Below, one piece after another: positions 26,209 through 37,000 of a DNA stretch of 64,000 bases. Every line of letters begins with the position of its first letter. The stretch's first letter is position 1. The notes beneath the pieces were generated by a model. It did not search any database. It worked only from the letters and a program-made list of their open reading frames with translations, and was not told where the DNA came from. This stretch comes from Armatimonadota bacterium (GTDB lineage Bacteria; Armatimonadota; SYMT01), in NCBI GenBank assembly GCA_041690135.1, contig JAWLHY010000001.1:960001-1024000 (forward strand), given 5' to 3'. The translations under genes and the position numbers were made by a program.

Positions 26209-28203
26209 TTGTCGCAGCGAACCTATATGCCAGCCGCCTCGCCTGCTGATCAGCTTCGCCGGAACAATCTCCACGATCTGCCCCATTCCCTCGCCGGTCG
26301 TGGGATACCGCCGCCACCCGGTTTCCTCCCTGTTGCCCAGGAAGATGCTCTTCAGACGATTCCGTCGCGCCTTCGCCAGATTGCCCGGCGACATCCGGAG
26401 CGGCCAGCAGTGCACACGCCCGCCGGCACGCTGACCTACCGGGAGCTGGACCGGGTAACGGACGGTGTTGCCCGGGCTCTCCTCGCCTGCGGGCTCCAGC
26501 GCGGCACACCGATTGGGTTGCTCCTGGATCAGAATGCGACCTCCGGCGCGGTGGGGGTGGTCGGTGCGCTCAAATCCGGCTTTCCCTACCTGCCTTTGGA
26601 CCCCCGGTTCCCGCCGGAACGACTTCGGTTCATGGTGGAGCAATCCGGAACGGCCTTGCTGGTGGCGGATGCCCCTTCGGCGGAGTTCGCCGCGCGATTG
26701 GCCGCCGAGCAGGGGCTTCCGTTACTCCACCTCGAGACACTCTCGTCCGACCCGGAAGCCGCCGCGCCGGAGGTCGAGATCGGTCTCGATGATCCCGCCT
26801 ACCTCTTCTTCACCTCGGGATCGACGGGACGCCCCAAGGGAGTACCGCAGACGCACCGCAACCGGCTGCAGAACATGCGGAACTTCATGAACCTGCTCCA
26901 GGTCTCCCCGGAAGACCGGTTCAGCATGCTCCACTCCTTCGGCTTCAGTGCCTCGGCTTCCGAGTTGTTCGGCGCGTTGATGGCGGGGGCATGCGTCTAC
27001 CCTTACGACGTCCGGCGACAGGGACTTGCCGGTCTCTCCGATTGGCTGGACGAAACCGGGATCTCCGTATTCCAGTGGATTCCCAGCGCACTCCGGGCCC
27101 TCGCCGCGAGTTTGGAGCCTGCCCGTGTGTTCCCGTCGGTGCGGGTCCTCCAGCTCAGCAGCGAGCCCGTTACCGAGACCGAGGTGGTCTTGTTCCGCCG
27201 GCACTTCCGGCCCGGCAGCGTCCTGGTCAACCGCTACGGCACCACCGAGACCAGCATCGTCACGCAGTTCCTCGTCGATCACGACACCACGCTCGATGGG
27301 CCTCTCGTTCCTTCCGGTTACCCGCTTCCGGGGAAAGAGGTTCTGATCCTGGATGAACAGGGCGCCGCATGCCCGCCGGGCACCCCAGGAGAGATCGCGA
27401 TCCGGAGCGCTTTCCACTCCCCTGGCTACTGGCGGGCTCCCGAACTCACCGCGCAGCGTTTCCGGGAGCTTGAAGGAACGGACGACCGCCTCTATTTCAC
27501 CGGCGACCGGGGCCGCCTGCGGCCGGACGGCTGCCTGGAACATCTGGGCCGGCTCGATCAGCAGGTGAAAGTGCGTGGCTACCGGGTGGAGATTGCGGAA
27601 GTAGAAGCGGCGCTGCGGCGGATCGAGGGCGTCCGGGATGCGGCGGTTCTCGCACGCGTGGATGACGCCCAGGGGGATGGTGAGGTGGAATTGGTCGCCT
27701 ACGTCGTGCGGCAGGAGGCGACTACCCATACCCGGTTGCGAACCGTGCTGGCCGGTCTTCTCCCGGAGGGGCTGCTCCCCCGCCGGTACATCTTCCTTCC
27801 CCACCTGCCCATCACGCCCACGGGTAAACTCGACCGGTCCGCCCTTCCGGACCCCGGGGCGTCCCGTCCCGATCTGGACGGACCTTACATTCCGCCGGAG
27901 ACCCCGCTGGAAGAAGAGCTTGCCGGTCTCTGGTCCGAGACCCTGGGCGTACGTCCGGTCGGGCGGCACGACTCGTTCCTGGAATTGGGCGGCAATTCTC
28001 TCCGGGCGGCCAAGCTCCTCGCGCGTATCGGGGAGCGCTGGGGAGTGCGTCTGGCTCCGGTGGACCTTTTTGCCCGGCCGACGGTCGCCCAGACCGCCAC
28101 CGCCATCCTCTGCCATGTGGCTGAAGAGGCGGGCGCGCCGTCCCTGGAAGCACTACTCTCTGAACTGGATGACGACGAGCCACAAGGGGAGGCGCGACCA
28201 TGA
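26209..28203 (+). CDS. NRPS-like A-T didomain protein 1
   Basis: FTSGSTGRPKG, NRYGTTE, YFTGDRG, QVKVRGYRVE, TGKLDR; carrier motif LGGNSL; start may be ATG 26227. Confidence 0.92.
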   Translation: MSQRTYMPAASPADQLRRNNLHDLPHSLAGRGIPPPPGFLPVAQEDALQTIPSRLRQIARRHPERPAVHTPAGTLTYRELDRVTDGVARALLACGLQRGTPIGLLLDQNATSGAVGVVGALKSGFPYLPLDPRFPPERLRFMVEQSGTALLVADAPSAEFAARLAAEQGLPLLHLETLSSDPEAAAPEVEIGLDDPAYLFFTSGSTGRPKGVPQTHRNRLQNMRNFMNLLQVSPEDRFSMLHSFGFSASASELFGALMAGACVYPYDVRRQGLAGLSDWLDETGISVFQWIPSALRALAASLEPARVFPSVRVLQLSSEPVTETEVVLFRRHFRPGSVLVNRYGTTETSIVTQFLVDHDTTLDGPLVPSGYPLPGKEVLILDEQGAACPPGTPGEIAIRSAFHSPGYWRAPELTAQRFRELEGTDDRLYFTGDRGRLRPDGCLEHLGRLDQQVKVRGYRVEIAEVEAALRRIEGVRDAAVLARVDDAQGDGEVELVAYVVRQEATTHTRLRTVLAGLLPEGLLPRRYIFLPHLPITPTGKLDRSALPDPGASRPDLDGPYIPPETPLEEELAGLWSETLGVRPVGRHDSFLELGGNSLRAAKLLARIGERWGVRLAPVDLFARPTVAQTATAILCHVAEEAGAPSLEALLSELDDDEPQGEARP

Positions 28204-30206
28204 TCACCCCCGTAATCCGCGAGCGGAACGCTCGGTTCGAAGCGGTGCACTCGCTCCGCGCGCGCGGGATCCCGCCCCCACCCGGCTATCGGCCGATGGC
28301 GGAAGAAGAGGCTCGTCTGTCCGTAGCAGACCGCATCCGCCAGATAGGAGAGCGCTATCCCCACCGGCCCGCGTTCCACACCGAGGAGGAAGTGGTTACT
28401 TACGCGGAGCTCAACCGGCGAGCCAATCAGGTGGCAAGGGCCATCCACGCGATGCAGCCGGAGGCCCTCGCCCCTATCGGCCTCTGTTTTGCACCCACCC
28501 GCCCGCCGATGGCTATTGGCCATGTGGGTGCGGTTAAGACAGGTCGGCCTTACGTGGCGCTCGACCCCGGTTTCCCCCGCGACCGCCTGGTGTACGCGCT
28601 CCGCCACTCCGGCGCCTCGCTGATCCTGACCGACACTTCCTCCTCGGCGCTGGCGCATGACCTGGCGCGAGAAAGTGGAGCAGCGGTCATCGATACGGAA
28701 ACGCAGGCGGGGGCCTTCCCCGACACCGATTTTCGCGTGGAGATCGGTCCCAACGATCCGATCTACATCGTTTACACCTCGGGTTCCACCGGAGAACCAA
28801 AAGGCGTCTGGTGGCCGAACCGGTCTCGAATGGTCGCCACCTGGCTCTTTAACCGGCACTTTCACTGCAGTCCGGAAGACCGGTTTACCATGCTCCACTC
28901 CTACGGCTTCGCCGCCTCCAAACCGGAGTTCTGGGGCGCGTTACTGGAAGGAGCGTGCGTCTACCCTTACGACTTCCGCCGGCGGGGTGTTCAGGACCTG
29001 GCGGCGTGGCTCCAAGAGCAGCGGGTCACGATTTTCCAGTGGATTCCCAGTGCACTGCGGGCTTTCGCCGCGGAACTCCCTCCGGAGGTAACGTTTCCCT
29101 CGCTGCGGCTGCTGCTCTTGATCAGCGAGCCGGTCACGGAACGGGAGGTCGCCATCTACCGCGAGCGCTGCTTGCCGCCGTGTGTGCTCGGCAACCGGTA
29201 CGGCAGCACCGAAGCCGGTCTCACCACCCATTTCCTCGTCGACTTCCATACCCCCCTGGAAGGGCCGGCGGTGCCTTCCGGGTACCCGCTGCCAGGAAGG
29301 TCGGTGCAGATCGTGAACCCGCAGGGCGCACAACTTCCCCCCGGCCAGGATGGAGAGATCATCGTCCAGTCGGCGTTGACCTCGGGCGGTTACTGGCGGG
29401 ATCCGGCGTTGACAGCGGCCCGCTTCACACCGGTTCCGGGTTCGGACGAGCGAGTCTTCGCCACTGGCGACCGGGGCCGCCTGCGACCGGACGGCTGCCT
29501 GGAACACCTGGGGAGGCTCGACGCGCAGGTCAAGGTCCGCGGTCACCGGGTGGAAGTCGCCGAAGTGGAAGCGGCCCTCCGCCGGCTGCCGCGGGTGGCC
29601 GACGCCGTGGTCCTGCCGCGGCAGGTTGACGAGGAGGTGGCCCTGACTGCTTACCTGGTGGCCACCGGCGGCGCCGCACTCCCCGTATCGGAAGTGCGGA
29701 GCGCCCTCGCCGCGAGTCTCCCCTCCGGCTTCGTCCCCGACCGCTATGTGCTGCTTCCGGACCTGCCCCGCACCGCTACGGGCAAGGTCAACCCGAGCGC
29801 GCTCCCGGACCCGGACGACTCGCGGCCGAATCTGCCGCAGCCGTTCGCAGCCCCAGAAACCCCGCTGGAGGAGCAAATCGCCACCCTGTGGTCCGAGATG
29901 CTCCGAGTCTTCCCGGTCGGTCGCCACGACTCGTACCTCGACCTGGGCGGCAACTCGCTCCGGGCCGCCCGCATCGCCGTCAGGCTCTCACAGGAGTGCG
30001 GTGTGAGTCTCACTCCCGTGGATCTGTTCGCTCATCCTACCGTGGCTCAGCTCGCGTCCCACATCCTGTCGCTGCTGATGGACCAGGAGGCCCCGGAGGC
30101 ACTGGATGAATTCCTTTCAAGCTTCCGCGAACCGGAAAGTCACTCCTCCGGGAGTGATGCGGCCCCTAGCCTACCCTCCCCCGTATTGCCCGCCGCCAAC
30201 GTGTGA
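28200..30206 (+). CDS. NRPS-like A-T didomain protein 2
   Basis: ATGA overlap; YTSGSTGEPKG, NRYGSTE, TGDRG, TGKVN; LGGNSL. Confidence 0.92.
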   Translation: MITPVIRERNARFEAVHSLRARGIPPPPGYRPMAEEEARLSVADRIRQIGERYPHRPAFHTEEEVVTYAELNRRANQVARAIHAMQPEALAPIGLCFAPTRPPMAIGHVGAVKTGRPYVALDPGFPRDRLVYALRHSGASLILTDTSSSALAHDLARESGAAVIDTETQAGAFPDTDFRVEIGPNDPIYIVYTSGSTGEPKGVWWPNRSRMVATWLFNRHFHCSPEDRFTMLHSYGFAASKPEFWGALLEGACVYPYDFRRRGVQDLAAWLQEQRVTIFQWIPSALRAFAAELPPEVTFPSLRLLLLISEPVTEREVAIYRERCLPPCVLGNRYGSTEAGLTTHFLVDFHTPLEGPAVPSGYPLPGRSVQIVNPQGAQLPPGQDGEIIVQSALTSGGYWRDPALTAARFTPVPGSDERVFATGDRGRLRPDGCLEHLGRLDAQVKVRGHRVEVAEVEAALRRLPRVADAVVLPRQVDEEVALTAYLVATGGAALPVSEVRSALAASLPSGFVPDRYVLLPDLPRTATGKVNPSALPDPDDSRPNLPQPFAAPETPLEEQIATLWSEMLRVFPVGRHDSYLDLGGNSLRAARIAVRLSQECGVSLTPVDLFAHPTVAQLASHILSLLMDQEAPEALDEFLSSFREPESHSSGSDAAPSLPSPVLPAANV

Positions 30207-32092
30207 GAGTGCTTGTGATTGCAGTTGATCCCCGCCCGCAACTCGTCCCGTCCCCCATACATGCCACAATCCATGCCCGCATCACCACCATTGCCCGTAT
30301 GCATTCCCAACGTCGGGCGCTGGTTTTTCACGGAGGTAGCTGGAGCCACGGACAACTCGATCGGACTGCCGCGCAAGTAGCCCGCGTGCTGATAGAGGAA
30401 GGTGTCGCCCCTGGGGAGCCGGTGGCGGTTGGTATGGGGCAGTCGCCGTTCACCATTGCCGCTTTCCTCGGAATTGCAAAAGCCGGCGGCGCGTGGGTAC
30501 CGATCGACCCGGCGGCGCCCCCCGAAGCCTGGGAAAGCGTACTTCAAGACACCGGCGCCCGGGTGGTGCTTGCCGGGAAAGAAGCCCCTGGCGCCCTACA
30601 GCAGGATCTCGCGCGGTGGTGGGTGCCGCTTCCGGAGGCGCTGGACGGCGTGGCCCCGGATCCGCCGGAAGTTTCCGGCTCGGCCCACCTGCCCATGTCG
30701 ATCATGTACAGCTCGGGCTCCACGGGCCGGCCGAAGGGGATCATCCAGACACATTGGTCTCGCCTGCATCAACTCGACGCGCACCTCCGGACGCTGGAGG
30801 TGACCGAGACGGATCGCTTCACCCTGCTGCACCAACTCCACTTCGCTACCTCGTCTTCCGACGTGTTCGGCGCGTTACTCTCCGGCGCGGAACTGCACAT
30901 GTTCGATCTCCTCGCGGAAGGCATGGAGAGCCTCGCAGGGTGGCTCCTCGCCTCCCGAGCCACCATCTATGCGTGGACACCGAGTGCCTTCCGGGCGTTC
31001 ACACGCGGGTTGCCGCCGGGGACCCACTTTCCGGACGTCCGGCGGGTGATCCTGGGGAGCGAACCGGTACTGCGTTCGGATATCGAAGCCTTCCGCCGGC
31101 ATTTCCCCGCCTCCTGCCAATTCGTCAACCGCCTCGGTTCGGCGGAAGCTGGGAACTACGCCTATTACTTCGCGGGATCGGAAGAAGAGCCACCGGACGA
31201 TATCGTGCCGGCAGGTCGAGCTCCCGTCGGCTGGGACGTGAGCGTGGTTGACGAGCGCGGCAGCCCGGTGCCGGACGGTGAAACAGGCGAGATCCAGGTT
31301 CGGAGCGCCTATCTCTCTCCCGGCTATTGGCGAAGACCGGAGTTAACGGAAGAGGTGTTCCGCCCGGATGGCGAGCGTGACGTACAGGTGATCCGGACGG
31401 GCGACATGGGTCGCTTCCTCCCTGATGGAAACCTCCTCCACCTGGGGCGCAAAAACTTTCAGGTGAAGATCGGCGGTGTGACCATCCATCCGCTGGAAGT
31501 GGAAGCTGCACTGGCACAGCTTCCCGGCATCGTGGAAGCTGCCGTCGCGGCCTATCTGGATCGGGGTGGAAGCTCCGTTCTGGCCGCGTATCTCGTAGGC
31601 GAGGCCGGCGGTCGCCCGTATACCACCAGTCGTCTCCGGTCTATCCTGGGAGAGAAGCTCCCTCCTGCCGCCATACCAACGTCGTTTCAGTACCTGGAAA
31701 GTCTCCCGCGAACGCACGTGGGTAAGGTCGACCGCCTCGAATTGCCACGGCCGGCAGGTGAGCGGCCGGAACTGGACACACCTTTCGCACCGCCAGAAGG
31801 CCCCACGGAGGGACACCTCGCCCGGATCTGGTCGGAAGTGCTGGAGGTCTCGCCGGTCGGAAGACACGACCCATTCCTCGAGTTGGGTGGCAGCTCGCTC
31901 CGGGCCGTGCAGATCCTGGCGCGAGTTTCTGAACAGTGGGGAGTTACTCTCCCGCTGACCGTGCTCTTCGCCGATCCGACCGTGGCCGGGCTCGCCCAGG
32001 CCGTGGCCTCGACCGTGGCCGCCGGCGCCTCCGAAGCCGAGCTTCTTTCACTCCTGAACGAACTGGATGCTGCCGAGGTATGGGACCCATGA
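30203..32092 (+). CDS. NRPS-like A-T didomain protein 3
   Basis: GTGA overlap; YSSGSTGRPKG, NRLGSAE, RTGDMG, VGKVDR; LGGSSL. Confidence 0.9.
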   Translation: MRVLVIAVDPRPQLVPSPIHATIHARITTIARMHSQRRALVFHGGSWSHGQLDRTAAQVARVLIEEGVAPGEPVAVGMGQSPFTIAAFLGIAKAGGAWVPIDPAAPPEAWESVLQDTGARVVLAGKEAPGALQQDLARWWVPLPEALDGVAPDPPEVSGSAHLPMSIMYSSGSTGRPKGIIQTHWSRLHQLDAHLRTLEVTETDRFTLLHQLHFATSSSDVFGALLSGAELHMFDLLAEGMESLAGWLLASRATIYAWTPSAFRAFTRGLPPGTHFPDVRRVILGSEPVLRSDIEAFRRHFPASCQFVNRLGSAEAGNYAYYFAGSEEEPPDDIVPAGRAPVGWDVSVVDERGSPVPDGETGEIQVRSAYLSPGYWRRPELTEEVFRPDGERDVQVIRTGDMGRFLPDGNLLHLGRKNFQVKIGGVTIHPLEVEAALAQLPGIVEAAVAAYLDRGGSSVLAAYLVGEAGGRPYTTSRLRSILGEKLPPAAIPTSFQYLESLPRTHVGKVDRLELPRPAGERPELDTPFAPPEGPTEGHLARIWSEVLEVSPVGRHDPFLELGGSSLRAVQILARVSEQWGVTLPLTVLFADPTVAGLAQAVASTVAAGASEAELLSLLNELDAAEVWDP

Positions 32093-34032
32093 GCGCAATG
32101 CCTGCTCCATGCAACAATGACACTGGCGCTTCCCCCCGGTCCTCGGTCCATCGGCTGGCTCTACCGCTGGTGTCCCCGGCAGCTGGTTATATGCCTTTCT
32201 TTTCCTCGGGGAAGACGCGGACGATCCACGGCCGGTTCGAAGAGGTGGTGCAGCGAAACCCGTCCGCTGCCGCCCTGCTGCACGATGGTGATTCTTGGAC
32301 ATACCGGCGCCTGAATGCCGCGGCTAACCGGATCGCCCACCAGCTTCTAACATTCGGTGTCCGTCCCGGACAACCGGTGCCACTGGTTGCCGGACATCAT
32401 CCCCAGGCAGTGGCCGCTTACCTGGGAATCTGCAAGGCCGGAGGCATCGTGGTTCCCCTCGACCGGAAGAGCCCCACGGGTCTCTTGTCGCGGTTTCAGG
32501 CAGACTGCAACGCGCCGTTGTTGGTGGCCGACTCCGCGAGTGCGGGGAACCTCCGGAGCCTGGCGGACTCCGCCGGATGTCGGGTCATGGTCCTGGGGAG
32601 TGAAGTGGACCAGCCGGAACGGAGCCCGGGAGTACCGGTAAGCCCGGATGATCCCTTTGCAATCGTCTACAGTTCGGGGACCACCGGCGCTCCCAAGGGA
32701 GTCCTGCTCACCCATGCACAGCGGTTCTACCAGACGGGGCACTACGCGGACGCAATCGGGATCGGTCCCGGCGACCGGTTCTCCTTTCTTCACCCACTCC
32801 ACTCCGCCGCAGCGATGGCCGATTTCGTGACCGGTCTGCTGGTCGGAGCGACGATGGTGATGTACGATGTGCAGGAGCAAGGGCTGGAGCCGCTGGCGCG
32901 CTGGGTGCGCCGGTCGGAGTTGACGGTGTTCCACTGGATGCCGGGCGGCTTCCGGAGGTTTGCGGCCACGCTGGCTCCGGAAGACCGTTTCACCGGTCTC
33001 CGGCTCGTTATGTTGGGAAGCGAGCCGGCGCTCGATAGCGACCTGGCGGCCTACCAGCACCATTTCGCACCCCCCTGCCGCTTTATCAACCGCTTCGCGG
33101 CCGCCGAGTCGGGCTGCTTTTCCTATTTCACCGCGGATCATTCCACCCCTTCGCCGGGTCCCGTCCTCCCCATTGGCGCCTGCATCGATGGCTGGCAGGT
33201 GGAGGTCGTTGATGGCGAGGGGCAGGCTCTCCCTCCCGGTGTAGAGGGGCGGCTTTTCATCCGCAGCGCGTTTCTCAGCTCCGGGTACTGGCAGCGACCC
33301 GACCTCACCTCCACCGCATTTGCCGAGGCGCCGGGCACGCACGAAAGGCTCTGGAAAACGAGCGATCTGGCTGTCTTCCGCGCCGATGGAAACCTCGTCC
33401 ACCTCGGCCGCGGCGATGCGGTGGTCAAGGTCAGCGGGCGCAACGTGGCGCTGCTGGAAGTGGAGGCTGTGCTGCAGCGGCACCCGCAGGTGGCCGAGGC
33501 GGCCGTGGTTGGCCAGTCGCGGCCGGGTCGCGAGCCTCGGATCGTGGCCTACGTTGTCCCGTCCGAGCACCCAGCGCCGTCTTCCACCGATTTGCGGCAG
33601 TTCGCGGCATCCCAGTTGATCCCGGCCGCCGTGCCGGCGCGCTTCGTCTACCTGTCGGCCTTTCCCCACACGCGTACGGGCAAAGTCGACCGGAAGGGGC
33701 TTCCGGATCCCGGCCGGGGTCGCCCCGACCTGGCCCAGGAGTTTGTCCCCGCGGCGAGCCCGATCGAAGCCGCCCTCGCCGAGATCTGGTCCGAGGTCCT
33801 GGACGTTTCGCCGATCGGCCGCCTCGATCCGTTCCTGGAGCTGGGCGGCTCCTCCCTGATGGCGGCACAGATTGTCGCTCGCCTCGCCGAACGGTGCGAG
33901 GTGCGCCTGACGCCGGCCCAGGTGTTCACCGCCGGGACCCTCGCCGCGCTGGCGCAGTTGGTGGTGGCGGAGTTGACCAGCGGCCTGGACTCGACCCTCC
34001 TGGATGAGTTGCTGGGCGAGGCCGGAGAGTAA
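32089..34032 (+). CDS. NRPS-like A-T didomain protein 4
   Basis: ATGA overlap at 32089; YSSGTTGAPKG, NRFAAAE, WKTSDL, TGKVDR; LGGSSL. Confidence 0.9.
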   Translation: MSAMPAPCNNDTGASPRSSVHRLALPLVSPAAGYMPFFSSGKTRTIHGRFEEVVQRNPSAAALLHDGDSWTYRRLNAAANRIAHQLLTFGVRPGQPVPLVAGHHPQAVAAYLGICKAGGIVVPLDRKSPTGLLSRFQADCNAPLLVADSASAGNLRSLADSAGCRVMVLGSEVDQPERSPGVPVSPDDPFAIVYSSGTTGAPKGVLLTHAQRFYQTGHYADAIGIGPGDRFSFLHPLHSAAAMADFVTGLLVGATMVMYDVQEQGLEPLARWVRRSELTVFHWMPGGFRRFAATLAPEDRFTGLRLVMLGSEPALDSDLAAYQHHFAPPCRFINRFAAAESGCFSYFTADHSTPSPGPVLPIGACIDGWQVEVVDGEGQALPPGVEGRLFIRSAFLSSGYWQRPDLTSTAFAEAPGTHERLWKTSDLAVFRADGNLVHLGRGDAVVKVSGRNVALLEVEAVLQRHPQVAEAAVVGQSRPGREPRIVAYVVPSEHPAPSSTDLRQFAASQLIPAAVPARFVYLSAFPHTRTGKVDRKGLPDPGRGRPDLAQEFVPAASPIEAALAEIWSEVLDVSPIGRLDPFLELGGSSLMAAQIVARLAERCEVRLTPAQVFTAGTLAALAQLVVAELTSGLDSTLLDELLGEAGE

Positions 34033-34037
34033 ACCCT

Positions 34038-37000
34038 ATGAGTGACCTGCAAGAACGCCTGGCCCGCCTGACCCCCGCGCAGCGCGCCGAATTGGAGCGA
34101 CGCCTGCTGCAGCGTGCTTCAGCCGGAGCCGTCGCGAGCCACATTCCCCGGCGAGACCCGGAAGTCCCCTGCCCGCTTTCGTTCTCGCAGCGTCGACTCT
34201 GGTTCATGGAGCAGTTGGAGCCCGGCAACGCCGCCTACCACATCGCCGTTCGGTGGGAGCTCCGCGGCGCCCTGGAGCCGTCGGCCCTCCGCGCCGCGTT
34301 CGAGGCGGTGGTCCGCCGGCACGAGGCCCTGCGCACCGTTTTCCGCCTGGAGGGAGGCGAGCCGGTCCAGGTTGTGGTCGACCACTGCTCCGGCTACTTT
34401 GCGGAACAGGACCTGCGCACCGTGGCGGAGGAGCAGCGTCAGGCGGCATGGGAAGAGGCCTGCCAGGGACAGATCCGGACCCCGTTCGATCTGGTTCAAA
34501 GCCCGCTCTTCCGGGTGCTGCTGGGACGGCTGGCCGACCAGGAGTACCGGATGTGCGTGGTGATCCACCACATCATCGGCGATGGGTGGACCATGGGCAT
34601 CCTGTGGAAGGAGCTGTCCCAGGCCTATACGGCCCAGGTGACCGGAGCCGCGCCGGGTTGGCCGGAGTTGGAAATCCAGTTCCCGGACTATGCCCAGTGG
34701 CAGCGAGATCATCTCCAGGGCTCCGAGTTGGAAAAACATCTGGAGTTCTGGAAAGAGGAACTGGCTGGCGCCCCGACCGTGATCGACCTCCCTTACGACC
34801 GACCGGTTCCACCTGCTCGCGACCATGCCGGATCCCGGTATCACTTCCCGATGTCCAGCGAGTTGCTGGAAGAGCTCCGGGGTCTTGCCCGGACCGAAGG
34901 GGTGAGCCTGTTCATGCTGCTGCTGGCGGCCTTCCAGGTGCTCCTCCACCGCTATACCGGTCAAGACGATCTCCTGGTAGGCACCCCCGTGGCGAACCGT
35001 GGCCGCACGGAGGTCGAGCCGCTGATAGGATTCTTCGTCAACACCCTCGTGCTGCGCGGGCGCCTGGAGGGTGATCCTTCCTTCCGGGCGTTCCTGCGGC
35101 GGACGCGGGAGATCTGCCTGCGCGCGTTTGGCCATCAGGACCTGCCGTTCGAACGGATGATCGAGGACCTCCACCAGGAGCGCAGCCTGGGCCACAACCC
35201 GGTGTTCCAGGTGATGTTCAGCCTCCAGAACGCCCCCCGGACCTTTCTGGAGCTGCCGGAGGTACAGGCCGCGCGTGAGGTCGTCCCGCGTGAGACCTCG
35301 ATGTTCGACCTGACCTTCGATCTCACGGAAACCGCCGAAGGTCTCTGGTGCTGGATGGAGTACGCGGCCGATGTGTTCGATCGCCCCACGATTGCGCGCA
35401 TGGCAGGCCATTACGAGACCCTCCTGCGAGCCATTGTCACCGATCCCGAGAGACCGATCTCCGCGCTTCCGCTGCTCCCGGAAGCGGAGCGCCGGCAACT
35501 GCTGGTCGCGTGGAACGCTACGGAAGCTCCGCTCCTAGCAGGAACGTGTCTCCACCAGCTCTTTGCGGAGCAGGTTGGGCGTACTCCGGACGCGCCGGCC
35601 GTGGTGTGGCAGGGACGGACCTGGACCTACGCCGAGCTGGACTTGCGAGCGGAGACTCTGGCCCGGCGTTTGCTCGCCCAAGGGGTGGGTCCGGAAAGCC
35701 GTGTGGGGATCTGCCTGGAACGCACCCCGCAGATGATCGCGGCGGTGCTGGGCGTGCTCAAGGCGGGTGGCGCCTACGTGCCCCTGGACCCTGCCTATCC
35801 CCGGGACCGTCTCGACTTCATGCTCCAGGACGCGGAGGTAGCTGTTCTCATCTCCGAGCGGGAACTGGCTTGCGGTTTCGCGCAATGCCCCGCCCCCGTG
35901 CTCTTCATCGACGGTGACGAAGAGCCTTTCGCGCGTGACCCTGCGAACCTCCCGGAAGTTTCCGACCGCAACCTCGCCTACGTGATGTACACCTCCGGCT
36001 CCACGGGGAGGCCGAAGGGAGTGGCGGTGGAGCACCGGAGCGTGGTCGCTCTGGTCGAGTGGTCGAAGAGCCTGGTCGGCCCGGAGGAGATCGCGGGCAT
36101 GCTGGCCTCCACTTCCCTCTGCTTTGACCTTTCCGTCTTCGAGATCTTCGCCACGCTCTGTCGCGGCGGCGCGGTCATCCTGGCGAAGAACCTGCTGGAG
36201 CTGCCGGAACTCCCGGATGCCCTCCGGGTGACGCTGGTCAATACCGTTCCCTCCATCCTGGCCGAGCTCTTGCGCCGCCACACTCTCCCGACGGGAGTGC
36301 TCACCACCATCCTTTGCGGCGAGCCCCTCTCCACGGAGCTCGTGGATACGCTTTACGCGCAGGGGGTGGAGCGCGTCTACGATCTCTACGGTCCCACGGA
36401 AGACACGGTTTACTCCACGTGGGTGCTGCGCCGGGCCGGGGGACCGGCGACGATCGGGCGGCCGATCGCTAACTCGCAGGCCTACGTTCTCGACCCCCGG
36501 CGGGAGCCGGTTCCCATCGGCGTGCCCGGTGAGCTGTACCTGGGCGGGGCCGGGCTGGCGCGGGGCTATTTGCACCGGCCAGAATTGACCGCCGAGCGGT
36601 TCGTCCCCCATCCCTTCAACCAGGACCCGGAAGCTCGCCTCTACCGCACGGGCGACCGGGTCCGGTTTCTCCCGGATGGCCAGCTACAGTTCCTGGGGCG
36701 GCTCGACAACCAGGTGAAGCTTCGCGGTTTCCGGATCGAATTGGGCGAGATCGAAGCGCTGCTGCGTGCCCATCCGGCATTGGCTGAAGTCGCCGTCCTG
36801 CTGCGGGAAGACGCGGGGGAGAAGCGGATCGTGGCCTACTGCATTGCGGGTGAGGCGGCCCCCACCGCTTCCGACCTGCGCTCGCTGCTGCGCGAGCGCC
36901 TTCCGGAGCATGTGATTCCCTCGGCTTTTGTCTTCCTGGATCGCCTGCCGCTGCTGCCCAACGGAAAGCTCGACCGGCGGGCGCTCCCGGCGCCACAAGT

